The position numbers and the translations under genes are program-made. DNA of 64,000 nt from Opitutia bacterium (GTDB lineage Bacteria > Verrucomicrobiota > Verrucomicrobiia > Opitutales > T3Sed10-336). Position 1 is the stretch's first letter; each line of letters opens with the position of its first letter. Shown here piece by piece: positions 33,276 to 43,320 of this stretch. The stretch spans positions 1-64,000 of the forward strand of contig JBJHCF010000015.1 of assembly GCA_050506795.1 (NCBI GenBank), given 5' to 3'. The notes under the pieces are model-generated. The model did no database searches and was not told the origin of the DNA. It saw only the letters and a program-made list of their open reading frames with translations.

Positions 33276-35243
33276 TCAGCGCGGCGGTCCGTTGCCGGCA
33301 ACGTATTGATCGTGGAGGATCTGTATGCCCAGCAAGTGATTGAGAAGGGCGTCCTTGCGGGTGAGCGAAACGGAATCGGTGTCGGCTTCGTACTCTTTCA
33401 TGAAACTTTCGATTTTCGCGGGATCCAGGAGGCCCGCTTCCTCCACCTTTTCCCGGCAAAGGTAGAGATCGGTGAGTTTGGCCAAAGCCGTTTGCTTCTT
33501 CTTTTCCGTGTGGCCGGGAGGCGCCATAAAGGCGAATTTCTCCCGTTTATAAAGCACCTCTGGGAGGACGCCTTTCATGGCTTCACGCAGAACCCACTTT
33601 TCAATATTGCCTTGGATGCGTAAACCGGGGGGGACCTGCACCGCCGCTTCGGCCACGTGGTGGTCGAGGAAGGCGGGGCGGGATTCCATGGAATTGGCCA
33701 TGTCGACCCGGTCTCCACCCCAGTTGAGGATTTGCCCCTCCAACATCGTTTTGCTCCAGGTGTATTGGGCGATGTCGAGCGGGTGCCTGCCCTCGATCTG
33801 GGAGGGGTTCAGGGTTGCGGCGATGGCGTCGATGGGATCGTAGTCGCCGATCTCCTCCAGCGCTCCGCGGCTCAGCAGGGGACGGGCCAACTCCAGCGTG
33901 GCCATCCAGGGCTGAATCCACGACGGCGTGAAGCCGCAAAGCTCGTCGAACGAGGGGTGGTGGGCCTGGACCTCCGCCAGAATGGCCCCCTTGAAAATCC
34001 GGTTGCTCTTTTCCAGCGCCCGGTGGAAGGACTCCACCACCTCGGGGGGTTCGTCCTTGAGGCCGTGCATGAACATGTCGCGTTTGAACGACGGGTAGCC
34101 TCCGAAAAGTTCGTCGGCCCCTTCTCCGGTCACCACGCTCTTATAACCGGCCTCGCGCACGTGACGGCTCATGCAGAACTTGGCCACCCCCAGAGTATTG
34201 TAGAAGGTCCGTTCCGCGTGGTACATGGTGCGGAGGTAATTGTCGCCGTAAAGATCCTCCGCATTCAGGCGAATGAGGTCCTGCTCGGCGTTCATGCTTT
34301 CCGCCATTTGGGTCGCGATGACGGCCTCATCGTAATCGTCGCTGTCGAAACTGATGGTGAAGGCTTTGACCGGGGCCTGCTGGGCGCCGCTGGCCAGGCC
34401 GAGAATCGAACAGCTGTCGATACCGCCGGAGAGGTAACAACCCACGGGGACATCGGCTTCCAGGCGAAAGGTGACGGATTTGACCAACTCTTCGCGAATG
34501 CGCAGAATGTGTTCTTCCGGCGTAATCGCCGTGTCGCGCTCCTCGGGGAGCGGAAAATTCATATCCCAGTAGCATTGGTCCTCGATTTCCAGGCGTCCGT
34601 TCCGGCGCTGGACAATCAGCATGTGTCCGGGACGCAGGGCCTGGATGCCTTCGAAGGCGCTGGTTCCCGGCACCATGGTGTGCATGAGTTGGTGCAGGGC
34701 GGCTTTGCGGTCGAGTTTGCAGGGAACTTCGGGGTGCGCCAGCAGGGACTTGACCTCGGAGCCGTAGAATAGAGCGCCATCCTGTACGTGATAAAAAAGC
34801 GGCCGTACGCCAAAGCGATCCCGCACGAGAATCATGCGGTCCCGGGCCTGGTCGTAGAGGACGAAGGCGAACTCACCGCGCAGCTTGTGCACGAAGTCCA
34901 ATCCCATGCGCTGGTAATAGTGTATGGCGATCTCGCTGTCCGAGCGGGTGCGGAAACGCGCGCCGTCCGCCATCAGCGAAGCCCGGTGACGCTTGTAGTC
35001 GTAGAACTCCCCGTTGGCCGTGAGTACGATCTCGCCGGAGTGCGAGCACATCGGCTGGCTGCCGGTGTGCAGGTCAATGATGGTGAGCCGGGCGTGGCCC
35101 AGGGCGAGACCGCGTTCGGCGTCGATATGCATGCCGGTGCCGTCGGGACCGCGGTGGTGAATCGATTTCACCATCGCCTGTAATTCCTGCTCCGCCCCGG
35201 CGTCGAGGCCCTTTGCTTTCCAGAATCCGGTTATTCCGCACAT
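33276..35243 (-). CDS. AsnB-family glutamine-dependent amidotransferase (asparagine synthase-like)
   Basis: Start MCGI at 35243 (Ntn catalytic Cys), HRGPDG, HARLTIID, NGEFY, RDRFG, LSGGIDS, GEGADELFGGY, EKWVLRE. Substrate not assignable. Confidence 0.92.
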   Translation of the reverse strand: MCGITGFWKAKGLDAGAEQELQAMVKSIHHRGPDGTGMHIDAERGLALGHARLTIIDLHTGSQPMCSHSGEIVLTANGEFYDYKRHRASLMADGARFRTRSDSEIAIHYYQRMGLDFVHKLRGEFAFVLYDQARDRMILVRDRFGVRPLFYHVQDGALFYGSEVKSLLAHPEVPCKLDRKAALHQLMHTMVPGTSAFEGIQALRPGHMLIVQRRNGRLEIEDQCYWDMNFPLPEERDTAITPEEHILRIREELVKSVTFRLEADVPVGCYLSGGIDSCSILGLASGAQQAPVKAFTISFDSDDYDEAVIATQMAESMNAEQDLIRLNAEDLYGDNYLRTMYHAERTFYNTLGVAKFCMSRHVREAGYKSVVTGEGADELFGGYPSFKRDMFMHGLKDEPPEVVESFHRALEKSNRIFKGAILAEVQAHHPSFDELCGFTPSWIQPWMATLELARPLLSRGALEEIGDYDPIDAIAATLNPSQIEGRHPLDIAQYTWSKTMLEGQILNWGGDRVDMANSMESRPAFLDHHVAEAAVQVPPGLRIQGNIEKWVLREAMKGVLPEVLYKREKFAFMAPPGHTEKKKQTALAKLTDLYLCREKVEEAGLLDPAKIESFMKEYEADTDSVSLTRKDALLNHLLGIQILHDQYVAGNGPPR

Positions 35244-35333
35244 TTGATCAAAATAATTGAGTTCAGTCGCCGGTGCCAAGCTTCCTCTGGAACTCGGGGG
35301 CCGGCGATTTCGGGTGAATTCGGTTGAAACGGA

Positions 35334-36458
35334 TCAGCTCAGCGGAATGCCGTCGGGCAGCCGGTCGAAGCGGTCAAAGACCGCGGTGAGAAGCGCCTGC
35401 CGCACGAACACCGCCCCGTGGGCCTGCGCGAAGTAAAGGTTGTGGTTGGTGTCATCGAGGCTGGTATCCAGCTCGGTGAGACGCGCAAGCGGGTGCATGA
35501 TGACCGCCTCCTTTTTCAGCTGACTTGTCCCGTCAAGTTTGTTTTGGCTGTCCAGGGTGTGATAACTGCCACCGAGGTGGGCGATGGAATTGAGATATAT
35601 CACGTCCAGATCGGAAACCAGTTCGCCGATGGAATTGGACTCGTTGAACTCGATGCCGGCGGCCTCGATATCGTGTCTCAGTTCCGGTCCGAGGGGATCG
35701 GCCATTTCCGAAATGACGCTGATGCGGCGGAAATTCTCCTCGAAAAGAAGCGACATGAGCAGGAAGCTCTTGACCGCGCGCATGCTGCCCGGGGTGCCCA
35801 TGATGCCCAGATGGAGGCCGCCGTTACGTTTTCTTCCCTTGGCGTCGGCCAGTGCCGGGTTCCATTTGAGCAGTGCGTACCAGTCGGCCAGGGCCTGGGT
35901 GGGGTGTTCGCCCGAGCCGTTGCCCGCGTTGATCAGCGGGATACGCAGGTTCTTGCGAATGAGGTCGAGCGAATCGGTTTCGGTGTGACGCATGATCACG
36001 AGGTCGCCGTAGGCATTGAACATCTCGCCGATATCGCCCAGCGATTCGCCTTTCTTGACCCCGGTGATGGCGGCGTCCGGGATACTGATGATCTTTCCGT
36101 CGAGCCGTAGAGTGGCGCTTTCAAAAGAGGTCCGGGTGCGGGTGCTGGCTTCGAAGAAGGCGGTAATCACGATCTTGCCGTCCAGCAAATGGTAGGGCGC
36201 GATCTCCATCACTTCCAACAATGCGGCGAAACGGCACAGTTCAACCACCGTTTTGCGGTCGAAGTCCTTAACCGAAAGAATGGATTTTCCACTGAGATTC
36301 CGCAGGATCTTGAGGTCGATCGGCCGGTCGCCGAGCAGGTGCCTCGGGTCGGGTCTCAGGGTTTGGGAATCGGCGGGCGGTTCCAGTGCTTTGGTGCTTT
36401 GATTGGCCGGAAGGATGGAACCTGTCGCGGCGGATTTTCTGGTGACGTTTTTTTTCAT
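35334..36458 (-). CDS. Aspartate/ornithine carbamoyltransferase-family enzyme with non-canonical acceptor site
   Basis: FFEASTRT, KGESL, MRH, NAGNGSGEHPTQAL, MHPLAR, YFAQA are conserved. The ATCase YMTRxQxER motif is replaced by YLNSIAHL. Confidence 0.88.
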   Translation of the reverse strand: MKKNVTRKSAATGSILPANQSTKALEPPADSQTLRPDPRHLLGDRPIDLKILRNLSGKSILSVKDFDRKTVVELCRFAALLEVMEIAPYHLLDGKIVITAFFEASTRTRTSFESATLRLDGKIISIPDAAITGVKKGESLGDIGEMFNAYGDLVIMRHTETDSLDLIRKNLRIPLINAGNGSGEHPTQALADWYALLKWNPALADAKGRKRNGGLHLGIMGTPGSMRAVKSFLLMSLLFEENFRRISVISEMADPLGPELRHDIEAAGIEFNESNSIGELVSDLDVIYLNSIAHLGGSYHTLDSQNKLDGTSQLKKEAVIMHPLARLTELDTSLDDTNHNLYFAQAHGAVFVRQALLTAVFDRFDRLPDGIPLS

Positions 36459-36541
36459 CAGGATGCTGAAAATAAAATTGGTGCCATGTTAAATGGTGTT
36501 GAAGGTCGATGGTTCCGGATTTCCCTGGCCGGGACGGAGGT

Positions 36542-36667
36542 TTACCAGATCTGTTTGCGCAGATAGTCGACCAGAATCATCAGGAGCAGGATGAGGGCCG
36601 CGAGTCCGGTTAAGACCAGTGATCCGATAATTAAAAGCTGCAGCACGGGAGCGGGATAGTAGATCAT
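36542..36667 (-). CDS. 41-aa single-TM membrane protein (not in ORF track)
   Basis: MIYYPAPVLQLLIIGSLVLTGLAALILLLMILVDYLRKQIW*; its ATG overlaps the symporter stop (ATGA). Confidence 0.75.
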   Translation of the reverse strand: MIYYPAPVLQLLIIGSLVLTGLAALILLLMILVDYLRKQIW

Positions 36668-38133
36668 TGCAGAGTCCCTTTCCTGAGTTCTTCGTTGGAT
36701 TCGTTCAGCCTGGCCCAATCGAAATCATGGGGCCACGTGAGCGTACTGAACAAGGTGATGGTCATGGAAACGGCCGCCCCCACGAGCGCGCCCGAATACC
36801 AGCCGATTCCGAAATAGGCCCAGAGGCCAAGGCCGCTTCCCAGGACCATTGCGGCAATCACGCCCCAGGGATTGGTTTTTCGCCAGAACAGCCCGGCCGC
36901 CACCGGCCAGATCACCGCCCCGACCAGCGGGCCGGCGGCGAAGAGGAGTTGGGCCAGGGTCGCTTCGAAGACTGTGATGTTGAGGATACAGACCAGCCAG
37001 GTGGCGAATCCGAGACCCGCGATTATGACGATGGATGCGGTGCGGAGATGGCGTTCGCCGGGCTGGGATGCGATTCCCTTGCGGTAAATGTCTTCCGTGA
37101 TCAGGTCGGAGGTGGCGGCCAGCAGACTGTCTATGCTGGAGGCCAGAGAGCAGAAGAGGACGATAAAAATAATCACCGCGCCGGCCGCACCGAGCACCTC
37201 GCTGGCCGCCAGGGGGCCGAGCATGTCGGGTCGCGGCAGGTTGATGCCGAGCGAATCGCTGGAGAGCGCGACGAATCCTACCGCGATGGGGATGGGCAGC
37301 CAAAAGAGGCCGCCCAGCAGGTAGGCCTTGAACGCGACCCCCTTTCGCATGGCAAAGGCCCGGCTCCACCAGACGTTGTTATGAAAGATCTCTCCGAAAC
37401 CGAAGAGCATGTTGTTGAAAAAGGCGATGATCGCCGCCGGCAAAAGCACGTAGAGCAGGGCGGGTTGGTCGGCCATGACCGTGGTGTAAGTCGCGTCGAA
37501 ATCGATGCGGTGGTAGATCACCGCGCCCACGATTACCACGCCGACCAGAATGATGATACTTTGAATGAAGTCGGTGCCGATGACCGCATAAAGTCCGCCA
37601 AAGAGGGTGTAGAGCACACAGACCAGCAAGATAACGGTCATGCCGAGCGGAATCGGAATCCCCGCCACGGCATTCATTAGCAAGCCTCCCGCCATGGCCA
37701 TGGTCAACAGCCAGGCGAAACTGTAGAAGAGAGAAATCAAGAGAAAGATCACCCAGGCCAATCGACCGAACCGCAGGCGAATGAAATCGCCGCTGGTTAA
37801 TCCATTGGGCATGATGCGGCGGATACGGCGGGCCATGGGCGCGAAGAGAAACAGACCGAAGCAGGCGGTGGAGTACCCGAGCATGCCCCAGACGCCCAGT
37901 TCCAGTGCGAATTGCGGCGCCAGCATGGTGGTGTTCGAGGTGATCCAGGTCGCCATTGCGGTGGCGGCTCCGAGGGCCAGGCCCACGTTGCGTCCGGCCA
38001 CCATGTAACCGTCCATGTTCTTCGCCTTCCGGCCCCACAGGACGCCCAGGAACACCCAGAGTACGCCCAGTGCGCCCAGCAACACCCAGCCGGTTTGCGT
38101 GGAAAGGACCGCGGTTTCATGGCCGGCGTTCAT
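36664..38133 (-). CDS. Sodium:solute symporter (SSS, DUR3/urea-transporter-like)
   Basis: About 13 TM helices; GYMVAGR, ATWI, YTLFGGLYAVIGTDFIQ, WWSRAFA, LASSIDSLL. Start MNAGHET at 38133 overlaps the upstream stop. Confidence 0.9.
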   Translation of the reverse strand: MNAGHETAVLSTQTGWVLLGALGVLWVFLGVLWGRKAKNMDGYMVAGRNVGLALGAATAMATWITSNTTMLAPQFALELGVWGMLGYSTACFGLFLFAPMARRIRRIMPNGLTSGDFIRLRFGRLAWVIFLLISLFYSFAWLLTMAMAGGLLMNAVAGIPIPLGMTVILLVCVLYTLFGGLYAVIGTDFIQSIIILVGVVIVGAVIYHRIDFDATYTTVMADQPALLYVLLPAAIIAFFNNMLFGFGEIFHNNVWWSRAFAMRKGVAFKAYLLGGLFWLPIPIAVGFVALSSDSLGINLPRPDMLGPLAASEVLGAAGAVIIFIVLFCSLASSIDSLLAATSDLITEDIYRKGIASQPGERHLRTASIVIIAGLGFATWLVCILNITVFEATLAQLLFAAGPLVGAVIWPVAAGLFWRKTNPWGVIAAMVLGSGLGLWAYFGIGWYSGALVGAAVSMTITLFSTLTWPHDFDWARLNESNEELRKGTLQ

Positions 38134-38729
38134 GACGAATTCTCCTCTTCTCGCGCTTCCTCGCGGTCTTTGCGGCTGCCCGCCACCACGAGGACCAGGG
38201 TCGCCAGGACCACGATTCCGCCAATGGCGAACAACAGAATCGCGTCCCGCATTGATTGATACGTTATCCGGACCTGCAGCGGACGACTCCATTCGCCCGG
38301 CGGTCCGTCGTCAACCGCCGCGCGGACGCGGAAGTAAACCTCCCCTTCCGGCAGACCTCCCCGAAACGAAGTCCGATCCTGTCCTTCGTAAAGGGTTCGG
38401 GCCTCGCTGAAATCGGCAGACGCGGATTGTTGGAGCGTAAAGATCCTAATCTGGCCGTCGGGGGTTTCCTCCTCCCCGTCGATAGACCAGGACAGGCTGA
38501 CGTGGGGAACGTTGGTTTCCATGACATCGACCACGGTTCCGTCGACCTCGGCTTCGCCGGGTTCGTCGATCCCAAAAACGGCCCGGGGCCCCTGCGTTTC
38601 GTCCGCCGCGAGGGGAAACCTTGGGATCACGGTCAGGCAAAGGATCAAGGCGCAGGTCGCAAGGCGTTGCGGGAGGGGGCGGGGGTAGGGGCTTCGGCCG
38701 CCCCCGGAAGGCTGCGGACGGTATTCCAC
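38130..38729 (-). CDS. FN3-domain membrane-anchored protein
   Basis: Hydrophobic N-terminal segment, FN3-like core (VSLSW...LQQS...LYEG....GLPEGEVYFRVRA...GEWS), C-terminal TM helix. Start uncertain (GTG 38729 or further upstream to 38822). Confidence 0.7.
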   Translation of the reverse strand: MEYRPQPSGGGRSPYPRPLPQRLATCALILCLTVIPRFPLAADETQGPRAVFGIDEPGEAEVDGTVVDVMETNVPHVSLSWSIDGEEETPDGQIRIFTLQQSASADFSEARTLYEGQDRTSFRGGLPEGEVYFRVRAAVDDGPPGEWSRPLQVRITYQSMRDAILLFAIGGIVVLATLVLVVAGSRKDREEAREEENSS

Positions 38730-39016
38730 TTTGGCGTTGAACGTTGCGTTGGAAAAAAAGATGGACGGGCTCCTTTCAGCGTACGAGAGAACAGGAAACA
38801 GAATTGTGCCGAAAAGTAACACCTTATGCCACGAACCGGAGACCGGTTCAACCGAAAACTGCAGGGAGGCTCCTGCGGGGGGGGTCGTGCGGCGCCGTTG
38901 AGCCGAGGGTATAGGCAGACGAAACGAGCGGACTCAAGGCCGAAGCAAACCGTTGAAATCAAATACGTTCTGTTGCCAGCACGGACGAGGAAGGGGGGCG
39001 GTTTCCGGTGTGAAGT

Positions 39017-40369
39017 TCAGTCCTCCGATCGGACCGGGAGGTCGCCGTCGGCGAATTGATTGATCAGTCGGGTTCCCGGTGAGATTCCCTCCCGGCGCGA
39101 CAGCGGGACGCCGTTTTCGTCGCGTACCAGAACGAATCCGCGCTGGAGAACGGAATCCGGCCCCAGGGTTTGCAGTCGTTTTCCGAGGTGAATCATTTTT
39201 TCGCGCCGGGCGGGAAGTTCGGTGGCCATGAGGCGTTCGAAGCGGGCCCGCAGAGCGGAATAGCTCGCCACCGCCAGATTAAGGCGATGGGAGGGCAACG
39301 ATTGATCGAATCGCGACCGCAGTTCCGCGGTCAGGCTCTTTTTCTCCCAGAGAACCGCTTTGGCGCCCGCATGCAGGCGGTTTGCCAGGTCGTCCAGACG
39401 CAAGTACCCGTTTTCGATCCGGTTTACCGGGGAAACGCTCTGCAGGCGGTGGTGCAGCAGTTTCAATTCGCGTGCGCACGTTTCGAGGCGAAGGTCGACC
39501 TTTTCCCGCAGCCGGTCACGCGCCGCGGCCAGGCGGTCACGGCATTCGATGAAACCGCTGGAAATCACTTCCGCCGCGGCGGAGGGGGTTTCCGCCCGCA
39601 GGTCGGCCGCGAAATCACAAAGAGTGAAGTCGATTTCGTGCCCGACCGCGGAAACCACGGGCAGGGGACAGGCCGCCACCGCGCGAGCCAGGATTTCCTC
39701 GTTGAAGGGCCAAAGGTCCTCCAGGCTACCTCCTCCTCGACCGATCACCAGGGCGTCGAGAAAAGGCAGACTGGCCGCGTATTTCAACATGGAGACCATC
39801 TCGGCGGCCGCTTCCGCCCCCTGGACCCGTACCGGCATCAGGATGAGGCGTCCCCACCATCCGCGCCGTTTCAGGATTCGCAGGAAATCCTGGGCCGCCG
39901 CGCCGGTAGGGGAGGTGATGAATCCGACTGTGGACGGAATCTTGGGGATGGGGCGTTTGTTGGCAGAATCGAAAAGCCCTTCCGCCGCCAGTTTCCTTTT
40001 GAGGCGCTCGAATTCCATCTGCAAGCGCCCCTGACCGTCCTCCTGCAATTGCCGGACGATGAGTTGGTAGGCGCCCCGCGGTTCGTACACGTTCACCGCT
40101 CCCTGTGCCAGAACCTGTATTCCGTCGCGCAGCGTCGCCCCGGTTCGGGCCGCGTCGCCCCGAAATAAAACGCAGGGAAGCTGACTGCCCGCGTCCTTGA
40201 GCGAGAAATAGCAGTGCCCGCTGCTTTGCCGTCGAAAATTCGAAATCTCCCCCCGCACCCACACCTCCGGCAAGGACGTTTCCAGGAGCGCCTTGATGCG
40301 CCGGGTAAACTCCGTAATGGTCAGCGGGCGATCCGTGGTGTCGGTTGGCAGGTAAAAGTCGGTAGGCAT
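39017..40369 (-). CDS. xseA: Exodeoxyribonuclease VII large subunit
   Basis: VWVRGEISNF, SGHCYFSLKD, ITSPTGAA, VQG, RGGGSLEDLWPFNEE, SAVGHEIDFT, ETPSAAAE. Confidence 0.95.
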   Translation of the reverse strand: MPTDFYLPTDTTDRPLTITEFTRRIKALLETSLPEVWVRGEISNFRRQSSGHCYFSLKDAGSQLPCVLFRGDAARTGATLRDGIQVLAQGAVNVYEPRGAYQLIVRQLQEDGQGRLQMEFERLKRKLAAEGLFDSANKRPIPKIPSTVGFITSPTGAAAQDFLRILKRRGWWGRLILMPVRVQGAEAAAEMVSMLKYAASLPFLDALVIGRGGGSLEDLWPFNEEILARAVAACPLPVVSAVGHEIDFTLCDFAADLRAETPSAAAEVISSGFIECRDRLAAARDRLREKVDLRLETCARELKLLHHRLQSVSPVNRIENGYLRLDDLANRLHAGAKAVLWEKKSLTAELRSRFDQSLPSHRLNLAVASYSALRARFERLMATELPARREKMIHLGKRLQTLGPDSVLQRGFVLVRDENGVPLSRREGISPGTRLINQFADGDLPVRSED

Positions 40370-40378
40370 GGGGGGCGA

Positions 40379-40588
40379 TTCTTTGTTCTTTGTTCCTGGT
40401 GCTTTGTTCCTGGTTCTTGGTTCCTGGTTTTTTGCTTGGGAGAGTGGAGCGAGTTTTGAGGGGTGGGTTTCTGATCGTCAATGGCCTGTTTGCGATTGTT
40501 CACATCATTAACCATCGGTACAACCAACAACAAAGAACCAAGAAACAAGAACCAGGAACCATGGAACCGAGAACCAGGAACAAGGGAA
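40379..40588. repeat. Inverted pair of degenerate heptamer tandem arrays
   Basis: Eight TTCYTKG-like units at 40379-40434, and about nine complementary CMARGAA-like units at 40524-40588, around a roughly 90-nt core. Confidence 0.85.
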
Positions 40589-40876
40589 GCCGGCAATCGG
40601 GTAAACCGAAGACTAGTTTTGGGCAAAATTCGCCGAGACGGTTCCGCGGCTCTCCAGTATTCAGAATGAGATGGGGATAACCAGTCGCTGGGAAAAAATA
40701 TGGACCGAGGCAAGCCGGCGTGTTAGCGTCCGGACTCGTTTCGCATTGACTGGGCGTGTTTTCGGAGAATGACCGACAGTTCCGAAGCCCGCGGCCCTTC
40801 ACGGGCCCCCATGATTGCCGGCCTTCCGCCTCATGGCGAATGACTTTTGATCCATAATCACACGAGGACATCAAAT

Positions 40877-42865
<1,989 letters not shown>

Positions 42866-42992
42866 GCGGTTGACTTGCGGGGGTGGGAGCGTAGCGAGCG
42901 GGAGAACGGGTGAGGGGCGAACGGCAACTGCTGCCGCCCCGATCCCCGCTCCGCTCAATTTCCGTTTACGGTCAGGGAAACCGGTGTGCCAA

Positions 42993-43029
42993 GGGTAACG
43001 ATTATCTGATATCGGATAACCGGTTACCC
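42993..43029. terminator. Near-perfect palindrome between convergent genes (possible terminator)
   Basis: GGGTAAC-GATTATCTGATATCGGATAAC-CGGTTACCC overlapping the stop of 43024..43305; no clear U-tract. Confidence 0.4.
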
Positions 43030-43305
43030 TTTCCGCACCTTTTCTTTCCGCTCTTCCCGTTCCTCTTCCAGGCGGGCCTTTTCATTGGCCAACTGCTTCT
43101 TGATCTTTTCGGCCTCTTCGAACTCTCCCTTTTTCAGAGCATCGGCCAGATGCTTTTGCAGGAAGATTTCCCGTTCGGCGATCTTGGCCGACATGGTTCG
43201 GTCGATTTCCGCCAGGGCTTCTTTTTGTTCCTCGGTCAGCGGTTTGGCCGCTTCCGGATCCGTCACCTGCAGGCGTTCCATTGCCAATTCGTAAGCACTT
43301 TTCAT
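43024..43305 (-). CDS. Small coiled-coil hypothetical protein
   Basis: 93 aa, MKSAYELAMERL..., charged and helical; directly follows comEC. Confidence 0.75.
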   Translation of the reverse strand: MKSAYELAMERLQVTDPEAAKPLTEEQKEALAEIDRTMSAKIAEREIFLQKHLADALKKGEFEEAEKIKKQLANEKARLEEEREERKEKVRKG

Positions 43306-43320
43306 CCTGTGAACGATCCG

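Noticed and set aside
35334..36458. Calling this gene pyrB and its neighbour asnB
   Set aside because: The aspartate-specificity motif is missing and the context is not pyrimidine or asparagine synthesis, so symbols were withheld.
38730..39016. Possible c-di-AMP or other riboswitch, or sigma54 promoter, ahead of the putative osmolyte operon
   Set aside because: I could not match the ydaO core or a correctly spaced GG-N10-GC; an Rfam scan would be needed.
40379..40588. CRISPR array
   Set aside because: Period-7 tandem units with no unique spacers and no cas genes.
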